Below, piece after piece: positions 17,450-27,144 of a DNA stretch of 64,000 nucleotides. Under the pieces are notes generated by a model that saw only the letters and a program-made list of their open reading frames with translations, ran no database searches and was not told where the DNA came from. Positions within the stretch are counted from its first letter, which is position 1. Every line of letters starts with the position of its first letter. The stretch comes from an uncultured virus (IMG/VR IMGVR_UViG_3300027971_000050) (taxonomy: Duplodnaviria; Heunggongvirae; Uroviricota; Caudoviricetes). The stretch is from the IMG/VR virus record IMGVR_UViG_3300027971_000050. One strand, 5' to 3'. A program made the position numbers and the translations under genes.

Positions 17450-19864
17450 ATGATTTGGAATTACAGAATGGTGAACTGCCCATCAACCAATGGCGGGCAA
17501 GACTGGGTTCAATTAAAGGAGGTGTATTACGAAGGCGAGGTGCTAACGCCTGTGGCGTATTGCGACCCGCCCATGCTTGGCAGTGAGACTGTCAAAGGTT
17601 TAGAAGAGACGATGAAGATGTTGAACAGCGCATTGAATCGCCCCGTGTTACATGAGAACGATTTCAAAGAAGGAGAAACAAAATGAAAGTGCAAGTAATC
17701 CGTATCTATGGATACACAAAGAATCCGTTCGCACCACACGGACACAACCCTGAACCTCTTGATGAGGATGCGCTCATCCTGCCCAAGGGCTTGTCCGACT
17801 CTATGCGTGACGAGGTACTTGCCGAGATGTATGAACGCAAGCAGACGATAGGCTACATCTTCAACGAAGGGGAACGCATCGTTGGCGAGCATCGAGCCAT
17901 GACTGTGGTCTCGTACCGCACCCTTGAAGAGTTTGAGATGGGAGAAGTGCAATGACAAACGAGCAGTACAAATTTCCGTGCGAAGACCTAGCACACGCCA
18001 CATACAAGTGGGGCATTGAGTATTCCAACGATGAGGATGGTGATGAGGTTGTCCATGTCGAGTGGTTCACAACCGAAGAAGAACGCAACCAAGCATTAAA
18101 AGGAGAGGTGCAAACACCCGATTACACATTCAACGATTTATTCAAAGGAGAAGTGAAATGAGAGTAAGTACTGTGATGAAAGAAACGCTTAGCTACTTCG
18201 AAGAGGAGTTGATAGGCGTTGTGGAACGACTGCGCTTTGTCGCTAACAACATGGACGACATACGGGAACGCGACAACTGTTGCAAACAAGTCGAAGTGTG
18301 CATCAGCAAACTGCGTGATTTGATTAGAGAGACTGACTTGAAAGGAGAAGCATCATGAAAGCAAACCAAGTATTGAGCCATATCTTTTTGGCAATCTGTT
18401 CGTACAACCTAGTCGCATTTGGGTTCATTCAAATCGACATATGGGGCACAACGCCGCTGTGGTGTATGTGTGTAGTCATCGGCACGTTCATGCTTGGGTT
18501 CCAAGTGCGTAGCGTGTTGGCTAGAGGAGAGAGCAAATGAAAAGAGAAGAACTAATCAACGAGGTGTTAAACCAAATACTTCAAGACGTAAAGGACTTTG
18601 ACCTGACGGCTATCGAGGAACTCATCAAGGACATACCCGATACAACGCTGATGGCATACCTGCCCGAAGAAAAACAAGGAGAAAGCAAATGAGAGTACAT
18701 GAACTGATAGCGCTATTGAAAACAGTAGACCCCGAGTCCGAGGTGTTTGTGTGGGTAGACGGAGAACGACACCCCGTGACAGATATTGACCCAATCGACT
18801 GGTACGTAGACATCAACGCTGATACGAAAGAGAGGATGGAATGAAGTTAGTACACATACAACAAGCGTTGTTTGCAGCGTATGACATACGCAATGCAATG
18901 ACAACCGATGACATGTACAGACCAACTGAGGGAGAGAGCATAGGTGAGTGCTTAGCTGAAATCATCAACACACTGGAGAACATCGAAGCAGAGATAGAAA
19001 AAGAAGTTAACGAGTACTGCGAAATCTTTGACACCAACCACGGAGAACTTAAATGACCAAACTACCAAACATACATCAACACTTCTTTGCCTCTAGTGCG
19101 TTTGACTGGTGTGCATCGACACCAACACGAGACCTGCGTGAGGTCATCTACATCATGGAGAAGTACAACCACTCTTACAACCTGTACCTAGTACCTGTCT
19201 CGCACGACACACCATACGAGATTAACTTCTATCAACCCCAAGTTGAGGGCACGCAGTGGCTTGGGTTTTTTGAGGTGAACAAGGGAGAAGTGAAATGAAA
19301 CACGCACAAGCAATAAAGGACTACGAACAAGCAATCAAGAACATTAAGTTTCCAACAGTGGAGATAACGATAGGAAGATTCACTGTGCCCTATACATGGC
19401 TACCTTGGATGGGGGCTTTTAACTTAGGCGCTTGGTGTGAAGACGAGCCAGACGGGTTCGATGACGCACCCGAACATAAGCACTTAGAGAAAGTGAGTGA
19501 CGCACTCATAGCGGGGCATAGCGATGAGGAATACATGGATGAGTTGATCGCTGCACTTGCAAGCAACCCATTCACAACAGAGGAGGACTAAATGAAATTT
19601 AGAGATGTACCCGATGCGGCATGGGATGCCGAGCCTACGCCGATACCAACCAAGACAGTGGTGTCGTATGACTGGGATGCACTGCGCTTAGTCCTTGAGA
19701 CTCAAGGCTTTGTTGTCATCGAGTCCGAAGTAACACGCCGCTTGAGCACAGGCGCAGAGGAATCCGTACTGGTCAAAATGTTCAACAGTTACATGAGGAC
19801 TACTAAGAAAACAAAACTGTTCACTCGCAGACTCAGCAAGACACGCTGGCTATGCACAACCTAA
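17450..19864 (+). CDS. Cluster of 11 small, mostly translationally coupled hypothetical ORFs: 17450-17686, 17683-17955, 17952-18161, 18158-18358, 18355-18540, 18537-18692, 18689-18844, 18841-19056, 19053-19298, 19295-19591, 19592-19864
   Basis: ATGA overlaps and purine-rich RBSs, mostly GGAGA(A)-type; 18537 and 18689 (51 aa each) were read by eye. Confidence 0.7.
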
Positions 19865-19971
19865 CAACGCAGGACTAATCATCCTGTCAACAAGTGAGAG
19901 AGAAATTCTCTCTCGCTGTATCGGCGTGTGTCTCACACACAAAACAAAACTAAATCAACTGGAGAAGCATC

Positions 19972-21798
19972 ATGAAAATTTACATGGTTTCAATCAACAA
20001 CGTAGACAATTCACGTTCGGTCAAGTATGTGTATATCAACGCACTCAACCGCTTTGCGGGTATGCGTATCACCAATCATTGTTATGGCAAGCTCGGTGTT
20101 GATCGTGCTCGTGTTAGTTACGATGACTGGGATCCACTGCCCAGACAACTGCGTGAGATAACTGTTAACAACTTACTAGACCTGCACACCATAGCTAACG
20201 AGTACGCACAGCATCTGACAGATTATTTCTCCGAGGGTACGCTTACGTACACGCTTGAGGAAGTGACTGGCGACTTGCGTCATTGGTTCAATACGTGGGG
20301 CTTGCCGTTTACCTTTCGCATATGTAGCTCAATCAGCGATAGTTTGGATACGGTGAGAAAGCGCAACAAGCTCAGGGTTATCGTGCGTGACATGGAAGAC
20401 CGATACAACAAGTTGTGGGGTAGCCGCCCTAACTGGCGTATCAACTACAGGGGTTCAACCTACCACAACGAGTGCGGGTTCAAGTCAGACAAAGTGTTCT
20501 GTGCAGATATGGGCAGGCTCATCGCTGAATCTATCAGGGATGGTGTGGACTCGTTCAGTCAGCCGTTCATGGAGGACTACGACACTGCCTCAAACCTACA
20601 TAACCGCATAGCCCAAGCCGCAAACGATGCGTTTGCTGGCAAGGTTGAGTTCGATCTCACTAATTATTACTGCGATCACTGGGACTTTCATAACAATGGT
20701 AGTGAGGTGCGTATCAGTAGAGGTAGCTATCGTACCTACTGCGATTGTTGTGTTCAGGACAACGATGTTGTCGTTGAGACCTATGACACTGGCATCTTGA
20801 TGGAACGTGAAGCGGCTTACTTTTGCGACAACAACGAGGAGTGGTACGAGCACGAGCCAGATGACCCCGAGTACGATGATGATAATGACAACGATGGGGA
20901 CAGCGAACCCGATGCTAGTTGCCTCATGTCTTACAGCGCCAACGTGCTTGACGTGCTTAGCAAGGACGAGTCGTTCGTAACGTCTCCGTTCGGTGAGTTC
21001 CATATGGGTGTCGAGCTTGAGCTTGTGACCAACGGGTTTGTCAGCGAGGCGGTCGATGATCTGCGTAGCCAGCTTGGTGAGGACTACATCATCTGTAAGT
21101 CGGATGGTTCGTTGCCTTCGGGCGGTGTCGAGATCGTCACTTCGCCTCGTGGTCTAGCCGAGCATATCAAACGCTTCAGTGACTGGAACATTCACAGCAA
21201 CTATCTTGCGTGGAACACAGGCAAGTGCGGTATGCACGTGCACATTGACTCTCGTGCGTTCACTCGGTTGACGCTGGGTAAGTTCATCGTGTTCATCAAT
21301 GACGCTAAGAACGCTGAGTTCATCCGCAAGATCGCAGGTCGTCATCCACACATCGACACTCAAGCTCAGACCTACTGTGCCGCCGAGGGGCAGGAAGTTA
21401 TCAAGAATCCATCCAAGGCACTCAAGGGCAAGAGCGGCAACCGCTACTACATGGTCAACACAACTTGCTTGCGTAGACCAGAGGCTGATCGCTTGGGTGT
21501 GCGGTATGTCGGTGAACGCAACTTCAACACCATCGAGCTTCGTGTGTTTCGTGCAACCCTCAAGCAAGAACGACTGCTTGCACAGATCGAGTTTACTCAT
21601 GCGGTTGTCATGTTCTGCCGTGTCGCCAGTATGCGTGACTTGGATGGCGTGTCGTTCATCAAGTGGCTCAAGACTATCGACAACCGCTACCCGCATCTGT
21701 CTGACTGGTATGGCATACGCCGCCGTGTCGGTGCTAAGAACTCAGCCCCTGCTGAGATCACCTGCGCTGACGTTACGCCTGCCCCTGTCTCTGCTTAA
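19972..21798 (+). CDS. Putative amidoligase (COOH-NH2 ligase superfamily)
   Basis: GVELEL, SDGSL, GVEIVTSP, CGMHVHI and TIELRVFRAT motifs; Cys-rich segment and acidic linker upstream. Confidence 0.85.
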   Translation: MKIYMVSINNVDNSRSVKYVYINALNRFAGMRITNHCYGKLGVDRARVSYDDWDPLPRQLREITVNNLLDLHTIANEYAQHLTDYFSEGTLTYTLEEVTGDLRHWFNTWGLPFTFRICSSISDSLDTVRKRNKLRVIVRDMEDRYNKLWGSRPNWRINYRGSTYHNECGFKSDKVFCADMGRLIAESIRDGVDSFSQPFMEDYDTASNLHNRIAQAANDAFAGKVEFDLTNYYCDHWDFHNNGSEVRISRGSYRTYCDCCVQDNDVVVETYDTGILMEREAAYFCDNNEEWYEHEPDDPEYDDDNDNDGDSEPDASCLMSYSANVLDVLSKDESFVTSPFGEFHMGVELELVTNGFVSEAVDDLRSQLGEDYIICKSDGSLPSGGVEIVTSPRGLAEHIKRFSDWNIHSNYLAWNTGKCGMHVHIDSRAFTRLTLGKFIVFINDAKNAEFIRKIAGRHPHIDTQAQTYCAAEGQEVIKNPSKALKGKSGNRYYMVNTTCLRRPEADRLGVRYVGERNFNTIELRVFRATLKQERLLAQIEFTHAVVMFCRVASMRDLDGVSFIKWLKTIDNRYPHLSDWYGIRRRVGAKNSAPAEITCADVTPAPVSA

Positions 21799-21826
21799 TC
21801 AACAATCAATATAAAGGAATCTCATC

Positions 21827-22948
21827 ATGTGTTTAATCATCACTGGCACTTCTGCCAAAATCCGCTCGACTCTTCTCGACACACACGCACTCATCAGCGA
21901 CATCTACACCAGTAATCCTGACGGCATCGGCATCATGTATGCAACGACCAAGGGCTTGAAGGTTGTCAAGGTATTGCCTAAGTCTCTCGCTGACGCAACG
22001 CAGTTCATTACCAAGTTACCCAACGATGATCGTGAGCTTGCGATTCACTTCCGCTGGACTACGCATGGTCATACCGATATGACTAACTGCCATCCATACG
22101 ATGTAGTCAATGGCTATATTGCAATGATGCACAACGGCGTGTTGCACACTGGCAATGCTGCCGACAAGTCTAAGTCCGACACATGGCATTTCATCCGTGA
22201 CTATCTTGCCAGTCCTGTTGCCGAGCATCCTGCTCTCGTGCACAACGAGAAGTTCCGAGATTTGCTTGCCGAGTTCATCGGTGACAACCGCTTCGTGTTC
22301 ATGGATGGTGACGGCAAGATGAGCCATGTCAACTATGACCAAGGTGTTGAGCACGATGGCTTGTGGTTCAGCAACACGTATGCGTGGAGACCTAGCCGAT
22401 TGATCCCGTCGTATCAGTACTCGACTAAGTATTCCCCACGCTACTACGACAGTATGTATGAGGACTACAAGTATGACAACTCATACGGCGGTTACAAGTC
22501 CCTGCCTTCCAACTCATGGAAGGATGAGGACAGTGCGTATGAGATCAAACCACGCAAGGTGTCAGCGCATGATCTTGAGTGGGATGAGGATGACTACGAG
22601 TTTGCTGATGACAACATTGACGGGTTTGTGATTGACTCTACTGACCTGATTGATATTGTCATGGGTGCAGATGTTGAAGCAGTGTCCGACTTACTAGAGC
22701 AGGCACCAGAGACTACTATAAACATCTTCTGCAATGTGCTGGCGTGTGAGCCAACCCAATGGATTAGGGCTGACAGTATGTCAGTGCTTGAGAACACCAT
22801 CTACCAAGCGTTCCTTGCGGGGGATATGGTTGCATTGCTCGATGCTGTCGATGCGGGGTTGCATGGCAACGTAGCTGACGTTGCTTGCTATTACCTGAAC
22901 TGGTCACACAAGGTGGGCGCTAGACCGATCCTGCCTGCAATGATCTGA
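21827..22948 (+). CDS. Class II (Ntn) glutamine amidotransferase
   Basis: N-terminal M-C, NPDGIG, HFRWTTHG, NCHPY, MHNG and SDT motifs. Confidence 0.9.
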   Translation: MCLIITGTSAKIRSTLLDTHALISDIYTSNPDGIGIMYATTKGLKVVKVLPKSLADATQFITKLPNDDRELAIHFRWTTHGHTDMTNCHPYDVVNGYIAMMHNGVLHTGNAADKSKSDTWHFIRDYLASPVAEHPALVHNEKFRDLLAEFIGDNRFVFMDGDGKMSHVNYDQGVEHDGLWFSNTYAWRPSRLIPSYQYSTKYSPRYYDSMYEDYKYDNSYGGYKSLPSNSWKDEDSAYEIKPRKVSAHDLEWDEDDYEFADDNIDGFVIDSTDLIDIVMGADVEAVSDLLEQAPETTINIFCNVLACEPTQWIRADSMSVLENTIYQAFLAGDMVALLDAVDAGLHGNVADVACYYLNWSHKVGARPILPAMI

Positions 22949-23008
22949 CGGGTGTCATGGCGAGAGAGAATTTCTCTCTCGCATTTTTTAAACTAAAGGA
23001 GAAATGAA

Positions 23009-23290
23009 ATGACTGACAAGACATACAACGGCTGGACTAACTACGCCACATGGCGTGTGAACCTTGAGATATTCGATGGAAATGAGTTGGATGAACTGTT
23101 CGACTTGACTCTGCCCGTTGAACAACTGCGCCATGTGTTGCAGGATTATGTGGAGGGGCACATCTACGAGAGTGGCGGGGGCAATGGCAACATTGCTGTG
23201 GACTATGCGCTAGCATTTTTGTCCGATGTGAATTGGTACGAGATAGCAAAGCACATGATTGAAGATTACAAAGAAGAGATTGAAGAGTAG
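23009..23290 (+). CDS. Conserved phage protein (YNGWTNYATW family)
   Basis: N-terminal YNGWTNYATW and C-terminal VNWYEIA motifs; acidic. Confidence 0.75.
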   Translation: MTDKTYNGWTNYATWRVNLEIFDGNELDELFDLTLPVEQLRHVLQDYVEGHIYESGGGNGNIAVDYALAFLSDVNWYEIAKHMIEDYKEEIEE

Positions 23291-23298
23291 CCACTAAC

Positions 23299-23338
23299 TT
23301 GTCAAACAGTTGACAACCTCGGGAAACCAAGGTACATT
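23299..23338 (+). promoter_or_regulatory. Sigma70 promoter TTGACA-N17-TACATT overlapped by palindrome TTGTCAA-ACAG-TTGACAA
   Basis: -35 at 23310-23315, -10 at 23333-23338, palindrome at 23299-23316. Confidence 0.75.
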
Positions 23339-23359
23339 TTTTATTCAAGGAGGAGCATC

Positions 23360-23887
23360 ATGCCAGACTTAAAAAGCGAGATGAGTAAGGTTCTCAACGA
23401 GTGGGAACAAGACGCACAACAAACACAGGAGAAGCAAGTGCCAAAACAAATATTCACACCAACCAACAACGTAACGCAAGAGACGTTTATCTACGTGCGA
23501 GACAACCCAAACAAAACAAGCAGTGAGGTATGCGATGCGCTTGAGGTGAGGGGATTCAAGCGGTCATCTGTTGGGTCATTGCTCACGCAGTTTGTGAAGC
23601 AGAATCAAATGACAAGAGACCATAACAGCAGGCTTAGAACCTCTGTGCCTAAGTACGTACCGCTGAAGTCCACAAGACAATTCAAAGCAGAAGGCAAGCG
23701 AACAAACAAGATTGTACAAATTAAGAGCAAGCAACCTAGCGCAGGCATAGCCGCACTCAAGGTCGATACTACGCCAGTGCGTTTGTCGGTGTCGTGGGCA
23801 AGAAGAGAGACAGAAATCATAAACAGTTTAAGTGTGATGCAGGCACGGGCTTTGTATGATTCTCTGAAGAAAATCTTTGGAGGTTGA
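23360..23887 (+). CDS. Putative winged-HTH DNA-binding protein
   Basis: TFIYVRDNPNKTSSEVCDAL...SSVGSLLTQF resembles a winged HTH. Confidence 0.55.
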   Translation: MPDLKSEMSKVLNEWEQDAQQTQEKQVPKQIFTPTNNVTQETFIYVRDNPNKTSSEVCDALEVRGFKRSSVGSLLTQFVKQNQMTRDHNSRLRTSVPKYVPLKSTRQFKAEGKRTNKIVQIKSKQPSAGIAALKVDTTPVRLSVSWARRETEIINSLSVMQARALYDSLKKIFGG

Positions 23888-23888
23888 T

Positions 23889-26390
23889 ATGAAAACAATG
23901 ATCCACGTAAACCAGCACGTCATCAAAGCCAACGCAAAGAATGGCACGAACGACCCTGTGCTGACTGTCAAGACGTACAAAGAAAACAGGTACGCACACG
24001 CAGTGGAGATACGAGGCCCAAGCACTGTGCTGTATAGCCCTGACAAACCGCTGTCTTGTGGTGCAAAGGTATGGATTGAAACGTATGCAGAAGTGGAGGT
24101 GATGTGATGTGGGATGTACTTATAACTGTGACCATCATGGGGTTTGGTGCCGTAGCTGTGATTGCCATCTGCGGCTTGATTGGTTGGGCGATATTTTTTA
24201 TTCAGAATGGAGGACGAGATGAGTGAACAATTAAAAATAACGGAGAAGACAAGTGCAGGACTGTGTGATGCGTTGTTTGATGAGTTTGATTTGCTACGCA
24301 ACGGCTTGAGCGATGCGCATAGGGCATCTGCTGTGGCTAAACTGGCAGTGCAGATTATCAACACCAAGAAGCTGGAGATTGAAGCGGCGGCTTTCCACAA
24401 GGCAGGATTACGCTTCGTACCACTTGCACTTAGCGCCAGCGGTATACCCATCGGCAAGAAAGAAGAGCATGCTGAAGCAGGTGTTTGACTTCATGCACCA
24501 GACCGACAGGCCGCACGTACACGGCGAGACTAGAGCAAAGATACTTGCTCTGGTCAAGGAGATTGATGCCGTGTACAAGCAGCACGTACGTGCACCAACA
24601 GGCATGGTGTGTGACATATGTGGCAAGGGCGATACCGACTCCATCCATAAAGTCAAGGATGTTGTCAATGGGTTTGAGCACCGCGAACATATGTCACCAC
24701 GCCTGTGCTACGGCCACGCTTGTGGTTGGAACACGTCGTACACAAAGCTTGAACATCAAAGGAAGTATCAACTACTTGGACTGAACAAACGCGTGTTCAG
24801 TGATGTTATTGAAATGGCAAGAACTGTGTTCGATGAATCTGTGTTGTTAGACGAGGAGATTGATTTGCACTTTGCACAATATCTTGCCAAGCAACTACAA
24901 AAAACATTAAGGGAGAAAGCATGACTGAATTCAACGACACTGAACGAGAGAGCAAGGTTAAACAAGAAAATGTAAAGGCACAAATGAGTAACTTCAACAA
25001 ACCAACAAACCCGCCAGCATTTCCAAATGATGCAATAAAAGATCCTTTCGATAAATCGGGCATGACCTTGCGTGATTACTTTGCGGCAAAGGCTTTGCAA
25101 GGATTGATGAGTCGAGTTTGGGGTGATATGCCAGCAGAAGAACTTTTTAATATTTGGGCAACTTCATCATATGCGTTGGCAGACGCAATGCTGAAAGCGA
25201 GGGAAGCATGAAACAAGATGAAATCATTAAGATGGCTTGGGATTCTGGGGCGTATACACATAGATTAACTATGTGGGGTTTTAGTTTAGAAGACCTTGAA
25301 GCCTTTGCCAAACTGGTAGCCGCCAAAGCAATTGCAGAGTTGGAAAACCAAGAGCCTGTCAAGTATGAGCATAAGACATATACGATGCCAGTTTGCCCTA
25401 AATGCCGTTCATTCTTTTGTGACCATACTTGCAAAGCAATTGTTGATGCAAGATTGAAAGCGAGGAACACATGACGCTTAGAGTTCCTTACGTGATACCG
25501 TTTTTTCGGGCGTTTTTTGATGACACAACCATAGAAGAGGAAGAAGCGCTTGACCGATCAGCGCCGCCCGAGTTTTGGGAGTGCGCTCTCACCAAGAATG
25601 ATTTGCGTACATACCATGAGGGTAAGTTGGCAGATGAATTACCGTGGTTAAAGGAGGAGAAATTATGAAAACCAAACCCATCAACCCCATTACACCACCC
25701 ATCACAGAACTGAACATGGAAGAAGATGGCGTGTTAACAGAAGGAACTGGAAGCGATTACGCATGGTATCAAGCCAAAGTTTTGGCTAATAAAATAAGCT
25801 CATTAAATTTTGCGGTGCAACAAGTAATAACCGCACTAGAGGCCAGACGCAAAGACAATTTACGTGTGATTGAAGAATTGTTGCGCCAGAACGCAGAGTT
25901 AAAAGCCAAACTCAAGGAGAAGAACGATGCTTGAAGCAATCAGAACATTCTTTGGTAAATTACGCAAACGGGGCAATGTGGTAGTCGAGCAAGGGACGCT
26001 TTGGCGATGCACCAAATGTCATTTAATTTTTTTAACCAAACTAACAGGAGAAAAGCATGATTGTCAAAACAGTTACGGAAAATGAAGATGGGACAGCAAC
26101 AATAATTTGCGAGTTCACGCAGGCAGAAATACGTGCGTGTGTTGAAGTTGGGTTTTTAAGGTTGCTTGAAGAGTATTTGAAAAAGAACGCACCATTCCAT
26201 GAAGGAACTATCGATGCCAAGACCGCAGAGTGAGTTAACAGGAGACAGCAAACACATAGGTGCTCGGCTAACTAAATCACATTTTGAAGAATGGAAACGC
26301 TTGGGCGGTGCCAAGTGGTTACGTCAAGAGCTATCAAACAAAATAAAGGAGAGAAGAGATGGACAACCACTTCAACGGAACACGGGCTGA
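23889..26390 (+). CDS. Cluster of small hypothetical ORFs: 23889-24107, 24107-24226 (membrane), 24219-24488, 24469-24924, 24921-25211 (GMTLRDYFAAKA family), 25208-25474, 25471-25668, 25665-25934, 25927-26085 (CxxC), 26057-26233, 26214-26390 (possible RHH)
   Basis: Overlapping start/stop codons and RBSs; several below the ORF-track size cutoff were read by eye. Confidence 0.65.
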
Positions 26391-26622
26391 CGACTTGCAG
26401 ATCAGCGGCAACCATTACAAAGAGATGGCAGTACAGCCGTGGGAACTGATGGAGTCAGTGCTGACGCATGAAGAATTCGTTGGATACCTCAAGGGCAACG
26501 TTATCAAGTACGCACTGCGTGCTGGCCGCAAGGATGGTAGCGATGACTTGGGCAAGTGCAGACACTACATGATGAAACTGGCGGAGGTACAAGATGGCGT
26601 TAACACCGGAAGCGAAAGTTAA
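26359..26622 (+). CDS. DUF3310/SaV-like protein
   Basis: GNHY...QPWE...GYLKGNVIKYALRAGRK...DLGKCRHY motif. Confidence 0.8.
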   Translation: MDNHFNGTRADDLQISGNHYKEMAVQPWELMESVLTHEEFVGYLKGNVIKYALRAGRKDGSDDLGKCRHYMMKLAEVQDGVNTGSES

Positions 26623-26896
26623 AAAGAAGGTCAAGGAGATACTTGACCAGATGGGGGTGTATCACTTCTCACCTATGCAAAACGGCATGGGCAGGGCTGG
26701 CATACCTGACATCATCGGCTGCCTTGAGGGGCAGTTCCTTGGTATTGAATGCAAGGCAGGAAAGGGGACAACAACAGCTTTGCAAGAACGTGAGTTGACC
26801 AGAATACAAAACGCTGGGGGCTACGCCCTTGTCGTGAACGAAGAAAACATTAACCAACTGTGGGAGATTAAAGAATGGCTGACGAACAAACAATAG
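26594..26896 (+). CDS. VRR-NUC domain nuclease
   Basis: TPEAKVK, GIPDII, IECKA, TALQ and GGYALVV motifs. Confidence 0.85.
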   Translation: MALTPEAKVKKKVKEILDQMGVYHFSPMQNGMGRAGIPDIIGCLEGQFLGIECKAGKGTTTALQERELTRIQNAGGYALVVNEENINQLWEIKEWLTNKQ

Positions 26897-27144
26897 AAGC
26901 GCGGCTGGCGCTGATGGACGACGACGAGAAGCAACACTTCAAGATGGTGGTGCTGGCGCTAATCTCATGCTATGGCCCCGATGCAAACAAAGCTGTGCTG
27001 ATGATTAAGATTGGAGAAGAACTGTCAGGACTTACAACGCTGAACTGTGATGAGATGGAGGCCTCAGATATGCTGATGGAAGTCAACAGTTTTTTCGGAT
27101 TCTTAAACACTATGGACGCTCCCCCCAAGGAGGCATTTAATTGA
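26875..27144 (+). CDS. Hypothetical protein
   Basis: 89-aa ORF coupled to the polymerase gene. Confidence 0.65.
   Translation: MADEQTIEARLALMDDDEKQHFKMVVLALISCYGPDANKAVLMIKIGEELSGLTTLNCDEMEASDMLMEVNSFFGFLNTMDAPPKEAFN

Larger units (their letters stand above)
15151..22980. repeat. Six dispersed copies of palindrome (G)AGAGAGAAWTTCTCTCT(C) at 15151-15168, 15648-15665, 16241-16258, 17364-17382, 19896-19914 and 22962-22980
   Basis: Read directly from the sequence; all copies intergenic in the early region. Confidence 0.9.

Noticed and set aside
15151..19914. Palindrome copies 1-5 as simple intrinsic terminators
   Set aside because: No downstream U-tract and weak A/U-rich stems; only copy 6 (22960-22989) resembles a terminator.
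15151..22980. CRISPR array or integron attC array
   Set aside because: Repeats are 0.5-3 kb apart and separated by whole genes. No cas operon or tyrosine recombinase is present, and the PD-(D/E)XK gene is an ordinary replication-module nuclease.
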